Source of the DNA: Craspedostauros australis
Lineage: Eukaryota
Assembly (NCBI GenBank): GCA_030167865.1
Contig: JALAGF010005753.1
Location: forward strand, 1 to 39,503
DNA length: 39,503 bases
Direction of reading: 5' to 3'
Within the stretch, counting starts at the first letter, position 1; each line of letters opens with the position of its first letter. Below the pieces are notes generated by a model. The model was given only the letters and a program-made list of their open reading frames with translations, made no database searches and was not told the DNA's origin. This document shows positions 32,537 to 39,503 of this stretch, piece by piece. Made by a program: the position numbers and the translations under genes.

Positions 32537-34228
32537 TCACTCTCTTGTTTTGTCGGCATCGGTGGCATCAGAAGCGGCGGAATCCCTCTCCATGACACCA
32601 TTGTGTCGTCCAGTGCAGATTTCATGCCTCAGGGTGTCCGAAACATCCACAAGGTGCATCCCGATCAGCTTGGCAAGATCGTTGAAGAAGGCGGACAGCA
32701 GCACGAATCCGATGAGGAACATGAACGAGAATACCAGCAGATCAAAGAAGATGATCACCTCTGGCCTTGGAAAGAAGTCTCCCAACCCCACTGTCGTGGT
32801 GGAGATGAACGCGAACCAGTAGGCCTCGTGGAACTCCAGCTTCCCGTCGTCGATCGTGAGCAGCCGGTCATCCCACCAGTACCGAAAGAGCCCAGCGATC
32901 GCAGCCATCCATGTGTACCAGCTCAAACCCCACGCGAGGCAACGCAACCAGGGATGCCGACGGCAGGTACGTGCGGCGCACGGCTGGTTTTCCAACCACA
33001 CCTCCAATATCGTTGCGATGATGTTACCGGTCGTGGCTAGAATCGTCGCAAAGACGAGAATCGACAACCAGCCGACCGTCGTCACCAGCGAGCGCCCGTG
33101 CTGCGTCGTCGGGGCTTGGTTGCCGTATCCCACCGTCGTCATGACCGTGAACCAGAACCAACCGGCGGAGGCCGTATTCAGATGGCATGCGGATCTGCCT
33201 GTCGCCTCGGCCACGGATTTCCCAAATGCGGCGGTTTCTGCGTTCGAGGCATTCATGCCATTGCGAAGAAAGGTGGCGAGGAATTCCTCCTTCAGCTTCT
33301 CTTGATCTTGCAACCACACTTTGTGATAGTAGTCGTTTTGCTTGCTCGGAAGGATGTTTTCCAGAATGTTGTCTCGAAAGTTCTTGTCAGGGATGAAGCC
33401 AATGCGACCGTACTCGGTGCGATTGTAGCATCGATTCCAATTGAAGGTCAGCGACGCTCCCACGCCCTCCTCCTTCACCGATTCGAAGCCAGCAGCCAGT
33501 CCTCCGAGCGACATTAGAGCCATCTCGCCGCAATCGTTCAGAAAATCCAAAAAACGAAGTTCGTACTCGCTCTCGGTCATCGATGGCGGTGGAGAGTCCA
33601 GCATCAGAACCGATTTATTCCCACTCGTCAAGTCCTCCAGTATCGAATCCAACTGCAAGTCCAACTTGGAACTCACCAGCTTCGTGAAGACATCACTCAG
33701 CTCTTCGCGTTGCAACGTCTGGTTGTTCATCTCCGCCGACAAGGATGCACTGGATTGCTCTGCCTTTTCATTTGCGCCGTGGGATTTCGACTCCTGCATC
33801 ACCCACAACACGGCGCAGATCTCCGGCATGTTTTGCAGCGTATTCGCTCTCAGCACTCGGAATTTCTCCTCGGTGCGCCAAACCTGCATCGCCAAGTCGT
33901 TGTCGTCGATCTCCTCCGGCGCTTCGAGGGATGCCAGGATAGCTCCGAGGACCATGGACAGGACGATGATGACCCACAGAGGTACGAGCACATGGCAGCA
34001 GAGGGCCACGGATCGTGGGTAGCTCTTGCGGAGTCGGACGTAGCAATTCAGTGATTTGTTGTCACCCGCTGCCGGCGATTGGGCGCCTGCATGCGAGGAA
34101 GAGAGATCCTTCCTGGTTGGAGCTGGTCTTTCCTGCGACGTGTCCTCCTCGCTTATGGCATCGCCGCTGCCGACATTGTCATCCTGGACGGCGTCGAAAT
34201 ATTCGGAAGGTTGGATCGTGTCACCCAT
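32537..34228 (-). CDS. Two-pore-domain potassium channel (K2P-like), ~563 aa
   Basis: M1 followed by LEAPEE, P1 WFTVMTTVGYGN, M2/M3, P2 AFISTTTVGLGD, M4. First ATG is at 34228. Confidence 0.92.
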   Translation of the reverse strand: MGDTIQPSEYFDAVQDDNVGSGDAISEEDTSQERPAPTRKDLSSSHAGAQSPAAGDNKSLNCYVRLRKSYPRSVALCCHVLVPLWVIIVLSMVLGAILASLEAPEEIDDNDLAMQVWRTEEKFRVLRANTLQNMPEICAVLWVMQESKSHGANEKAEQSSASLSAEMNNQTLQREELSDVFTKLVSSKLDLQLDSILEDLTSGNKSVLMLDSPPPSMTESEYELRFLDFLNDCGEMALMSLGGLAAGFESVKEEGVGASLTFNWNRCYNRTEYGRIGFIPDKNFRDNILENILPSKQNDYYHKVWLQDQEKLKEEFLATFLRNGMNASNAETAAFGKSVAEATGRSACHLNTASAGWFWFTVMTTVGYGNQAPTTQHGRSLVTTVGWLSILVFATILATTGNIIATILEVWLENQPCAARTCRRHPWLRCLAWGLSWYTWMAAIAGLFRYWWDDRLLTIDDGKLEFHEAYWFAFISTTTVGLGDFFPRPEVIIFFDLLVFSFMFLIGFVLLSAFFNDLAKLIGMHLVDVSDTLRHEICTGRHNGVMERDSAASDATDADKTRE

Positions 34229-36384
34229 TGTCGCCGACTCCAATCACCGCTTGTTGGCGCGTAGCGGCAGATGCAACGATGGTATTATAAAACAGAATGG
34301 AGTATCGCTACGCGTCCGTTGCGTTACTCTCCTCGTGCGAGTATTATATTCTATGATTGATGCTTGTGCGGTTCAAGGCTTGTTTGAGATGGGCGGAAGT
34401 CCCATCAATTGTCCGGCGTCAAACGCCTCCAACATCTTTGTTGTCTTGGCGAAGAGGGGAGTCATCTCGCAGCATGTGCCTCCACCGACGTCAGCCACAC
34501 TGCATCACATCACCACACGAGCAGTTTCCGCTCATGGTTGCGAACTCCTTTTTTGTTGTTGTGGGTCTTCGCCTTGTTTCCACCCCTTGCGTCGTGGGGA
34601 TGGAGAACTGCATTTCAATTGGTGTCCAATCGCTGACTTGGGTCGGAACAACACTATCCGGGACTCGCAGCATCCGCGTTTCCATCCTCAGCTGTCATCA
34701 CTGTGAGCGTGAAGGCGAATGTATCCAGTGGGTATCAAACCGTCAACGGAGATGATGTGCAGCATCTGCGGCGAAGTTTCTTGTTCATGCTGGGCATGGA
34801 TCATTCGTACGTCTACATTGGCAAGGATCCGGTTCGGGAAACTCAGCTCGTCAAAGGCACCAGCTAGGAAGCATCCGTCCGCTGCGCTTTGTTGTGCACA
34901 CCTGTGTAAACGATGATAGAGGCCGTGAGGATACAGATCGATCGGTGGCATCGGTACTGTGGGTTCAATGCGGAGGAGGTTCGTTGAGCAACACTCTGGA
35001 GCGCACTCATTACTATGATATTGCTCCACTGGAACATAATAGAATACATTGACTGAGTGGTAACATATCGATCTGAAGATTAATCTCTCTCTGAAGAGAT
35101 CACGATGGTCATCCTAGTCGTCCAGCGAACTACGTCTCGAACGATTCCTGTGACTCAGATGATTCTGATGCTGCTCGTGATTGACTTCATTTTGGCGCAA
35201 AGATGACAAGATATAACGGTTTCTAACGGCCATCATGTTCTTCTTTGCGTTCGCAACTATTTCTTGCTGCCGACATGAAATCACGCAGGACAATGGAGCA
35301 TTTGAGTGACTATATCAAGGGATGCCGTCCATCTCAGCTATTCCCTCCACAACCTTACCATCAAGTCCGCTGCACAGCTCCTCATGATCTGCTTCGATGT
35401 GCTCCATTGTGCTCCAACGTCTCCATCGCGCACAAAACTGTAGAATTCGATCCATTTTGGCGCCAACTTTCGACTCCAAACGTTGACCCATGTGGCATTG
35501 ACACTTGCTGCTGATTGCTGGCAGTTGGCAGAGACTCTGTGTGGACGAGAAACATCTCGCTGGGATCTTGGATCGGGTGTGAGTGGCTTATGTGCTGAAG
35601 TCCGCTGTCCCTCAATCCGAAGCCAGATGGAATCGACGTCGGTTCCTGACCGCACACATCGTCGCTGAGTCACAGATCTTTGGGCGCAGATGCTTGCTTC
35701 CATGTTCATGGATGACCTTCTCCAGCGTTTACGATCACCATGTGCAGCCCAGAAATAGTGTGCCAGGTGCCAGTCTACTGCCAGGGATCAGTGTCAGGCG
35801 TACGCGAGAGCTGAGAGAGCGGAGACAGCCCACCGTCTTCGGTCATAGCATTGCTACCATTTGCGATCCAACCAATGCCCATCTGGACAAAGAAATCCCT
35901 CCGCCGTAGGCTTCTGGTACTTGGTGTACATGGTAAACATACTTTTCATCGTCGGCTTGGTTTTTGCTTTGGATGGTCGACCGCAGTATTTGTGCGGCCC
36001 CCGTGTAATCTCTCACACACTTTTCGATCATCTTTGGAGGAGCTCATAAAACGCAAACAAGCCCGCACACTCGCAACAAGCACTTTCCCACCGTAAGTTG
36101 TTCGTCTTTCTGTCTCCTTCCAAACCGGCTTGCTGCGTTGGTGCATATCGTTGACAATGGCGACGGAGCGAAATGCTGAGCCTTGGCGATGCTTGACCTC
36201 ATCACACAACGATCCATCGTTGAAATGCCTCACGCCATCCACACTCTTTGCTTCTTGCTGCTTGCTTCTTCCCTTTCTTCTCATTGGCGGTGCACCTCGC
36301 CCCACCCCACCCAACGAATCGTACCATGTGCAGGCTCACCAACCACCGACCAGCATCTGCGACACCGCATTCGAACTATCCAAG

Positions 36385-36855
36385 ATGAAGACCGTCTCTC
36401 TCCTTTCCGCTCTCGCCTCCATCGGCCTTGCCACCGTCAAGGCGAACACCGTCTCCTGCTCCTGGGATCCCAACCAGGACTTCAAGCTGTGCGTAGGCAA
36501 CTGCGGACAGCACATCCGCGTCTTGCCCGACGGCGAGACCTGCAAGCGCAGCGAGCAGATTAGCGTCCCGCTTCTCCGTGTGCCCACCATCACCGCCATC
36601 CACGGTGACATGCTCATCATGGACGACCCCGGTGAGAACTGTGACAAGATCGAGGCTCACTGCCCAGAGGGCACCTTCGCCACCGGCGGCGGGTGGCTCC
36701 GTCACTCCGGTGACATGGAGGCCAACGTAGCCTTCGATGGTCCCCTCCTCGACTCCAACACCGGTTCTCCAATCGGATGGACCGTTCGCCTGGAGGCTGA
36801 GGGCGGTGGATCCCACATGAAGGTCCAGGCCTACGCCATCTGCTTGGAATTCTAG
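36385..36855 (+). CDS. Small secreted Cys-containing protein of unknown function, 156 aa
   Basis: Signal peptide MKTVSLLSALASIGLATVKA and strongly C-ending codon usage. Motifs CVGNCGQHIRV...CKRSE and AHCPEGTFATGGG...GWTV...VQAYAIC. Confidence 0.85.
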   Translation: MKTVSLLSALASIGLATVKANTVSCSWDPNQDFKLCVGNCGQHIRVLPDGETCKRSEQISVPLLRVPTITAIHGDMLIMDDPGENCDKIEAHCPEGTFATGGGWLRHSGDMEANVAFDGPLLDSNTGSPIGWTVRLEAEGGGSHMKVQAYAICLEF

Positions 36856-37376
36856 AGAGAGAAAGCTTTTCCAAAACGAGAAGGATCACAAGTCGTTCGC
36901 ATCCAACAACTCGACCAGTCAACCAGCCATCTCACCGAGAGATTGAAGGATCGAAGTATCGTCGGATAGTTGGCCGCTGCTGTGTGATGGCACCAAGTCA
37001 TCGCAGCACCATCAAGATGACACGGATGCGAGCAGCAATATCTGCAGCTTCATCCACGACATCCCATGTCGCTTCATCCCGTCTCAGCTCATCACCCTTG
37101 CGTCGTTGAACGTCGATCCGCACGGATCCGATTCATCGACTATTGCCAGACCATAGCTTGATGCGAGACGCCCATCCTACTCTTCTGTACATGTATTCTA
37201 GAGAACGACATCAACTATCACAGTCCATTGTTGCCACCGTGTTCGTACCATGCGGTAGCCTGAGTGTCATATTATGGTCATTTCCTTGTCACTCTTTTGG
37301 TGTCATTCGTTTCTTGTCAGTGTCGTCATCGTCGTCGTCGCCGTTGTCGTCGCCACCGGCATCGTGGCGCCTCATT

Positions 37377-37726
37377 TGTTGGTGTTTGTTTCTGTTCCGA
37401 ATCTTCTGTACACGGGATTCACCAATTCATGACTCAACACGAATCCAAGAAATCTTTGGAGTTGGGTGGTGCACGTCGTCGCTGTGTTCGCCGCTTCCAC
37501 AACACGCAGTCAAGAACAGCTGCGGACGCACAGCAAATAACCACAGAACGAACAAGAGATGAGGGATTGTGCAGATTTAGTGCCAATTCCCGAATCTGGC
37601 CGAATCCGAACGATGGGTGTCGATGGACAGACGATACCGCACAAACCACGTGTAGGATCCACGTTGAGCAAATGACCGTTCCGCACAGTCATAATTTTTC
37701 AGAACAGACAGGTTTCACCCCCAACA
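37377..37726 (+). mobile_element. Candidate 5' LTR of the downstream Copia element
   Basis: Starts TGTTGG and ends CCAACA (6-bp terminal inverted repeat) 120 nt before the gag ATG. No clear primer-binding site, and no partner LTR lies in the window. Confidence 0.3.
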
Positions 37727-37845
37727 CCTCCGGTCACGTGAAAAACCTGCACACGCTTCCTCTGCGCAACGTGAAACACGCGCTCTGATCGTTTCGTTTG
37801 ATCGCACGCACCAACAACAACAACAACGAAACTCGAAGAGCGACA

Positions 37846-39503
37846 ATGGCGGATCAAGGCAACCAACCCAACGACGCCACAGCTACAACTGCACCTGCAG
37901 GACAAGCAGCCGCGCAACCACAGGCAGCACAGCAACAGCCACAAGCAGGAGGACAGCCCATCGCTCTGAACATGGCACAGCTCGTCCAAATCATCCAGCA
38001 GCAAGTGGCAACACAAGTCCAAGCAGCAGCAGCAGCACAGCCAGTCGTCCAAGCCAATCCGAATCCGCCAGCCAACCAGCAACCAGCACAGTTNGCTGTA
38101 ACACCNTATGGATCCCTCATCGATCCAACAACCAAGACAGGCGCTGCTCTCATCAAGACAGCACAAGAGAAGCTCAGCGACGACAAGTTCGAAGGCGCTC
38201 CAGAAAACATCAACGTCTTCCTCGCCAACATTCGCACTCGCGCGATGATGATGCAATGCATCGACATCTTCCAAGTCGCCACAACAACAGGCATGTACAA
38301 CATCCTNGACAACTANCCACTCACCACCATCGACCATGTGCGCACCAGTGCCACATTGCGTCACATCAATGACAGCGTCGAGAAGCAAGCNGCGCACCTC
38401 ATAGGTGTCGCCATCCTCAACTCGCTGAGCCCCAACCTCGTCAATCGCATCCTGCCACAGCGCAGCACATACGAAATCAATGGACTCATGGATGGACCAA
38501 CGCTCCTACGCGTCGTCCTCTCTCATGTCAGCATCAACACAGATGACCTCAGCACGAGCATCCGTATGAATCTACATCGATTGAAGCTCAAAGACTTCGA
38601 CAACGACATCAAGAAGCTCAACGANCACGTTCGCAATCAAGTCTTCACNCTACAGTCCAAAGGCGAANCAGTCGGCAGCGAAGTGACCTTCGCACTCATC
38701 ACTGCNTACAACACAGCAGACAATGAGGAGTTCGTCAACCGCATCCAGCGCTGCAGCGACTCTGGCACTCCAGACTACGTCAGTCTCATGAACACTGCCG
38801 AAACCAAGTACCAGAGCTTGGTCAACGCCGGCACATGGAACCGCCTTTCCCGCGACAAGCAGCTCCTCGCCCTCCGAGCCGAGACGAAGCAGCTCAAAGC
38901 CTCGCTCACCAAAGCAACCGGCAAGCGAGCAAACAACAAGAAAGACAACAAAGGGACAGCTCGCCACAAGCGCGGCAACCACCCTCTCGCCAATCGCGAT
39001 CCGCCAAAGGGCAACGATCCCAAGCACTTCGTCCACCAAGGAACAACCTTTCACTGGTGTGACAACCACAAGGCATGGGGCAAGCACAAGACATCCGACT
39101 GCCGCGCCCGATCCGGCAAGAACGCTGATTCCTCCGGGAAGAAGCGCCAGCATGACAAGAAATCGCCCTCGTCCAAATCCATCAAGGTCCACGCCAAGTC
39201 AGCTCCTCACGTCCACTTCGACGACAGCGATGGCCACTACGACAGTAGCCAGCATTCCACTCCCAGCGATGGAAACNNNNNNNNNNNNNNNNNNNNNNNN
39301 NNNNNNNNNNNNNNNNNNNTATCAGTCACAGCACTGCAAGGCATCTCCGCGATGCAGACGACATTGCATCAGATGGGTGATGTGCCAATCGGAATTGACA
39401 CCTGCACGTCGGCCACAGTCTCCGGACAACGTGGTGACTTCAGCAACGATCTTCAGCCAGTCCACGGCATGGCCATACAAGGAGTTGGAGGGTCCATCCC
39501 CAT
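37846..39503 (+). mobile_element. Ty1/Copia (CoDi-like) LTR retrotransposon gag-protease ORF, truncated by window end
   Basis: Open frame from ATG 37846 (MADQGNQ...) with no definite stop to the window end, apart from an ambiguous TAN codon and an N gap. Gag motifs AVTP..LIDPTTKTG...KFEG...FL...RA, DGPTLL, LMNTAETKYQSLVNAGTW, knuckle WCDNHKAWGKHKTSDC. After the gap, protease-like IGIDTCTSATVS...DF. Confidence 0.85.

Noticed and set aside
34300..36100. Several 60-130 aa ORFs between the K2P gene and the secreted protein gene
   Set aside because: No recognisable domains or consistent frame, so coding or TE status cannot be supported.

Overview
Eukaryotic nuclear DNA, most likely a diatom and probably a raphid pennate. 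This is inferred from GTACGT/GTAAGT...CAG introns, an ASAFAP-like targeting peptide, a PTSA-repeat secreted protein and CoDi-type Copia gag. The left ~10 kb is repeat-rich. A ~1.2 kb direct duplication (113-1315 / 8810-10019) brackets a decayed Copia element interrupted by LTR-like units and an intact gene for a secreted mucin-like, Cys-repeat protein. The gene-dense middle holds a spliced STI1-type protein, an RbfA-like protein, a Sulfotransfer_2 sulfotransferase, a 3-exon copine, Spc25, Rab8/Sec4, a ~1755-aa Hook-domain coiled-coil protein ending in a CaaX-like box, a small RVxF-motif protein, a plastid-type alpha/beta hydrolase, a two-pore K+ channel with an oversized M1-P1 loop and a small secreted protein with bacterial-looking domains. 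The window ends inside an apparently young Copia gag-protease ORF that the ORF track misses. All family assignments come from motif recognition by eye; no database searches were run.
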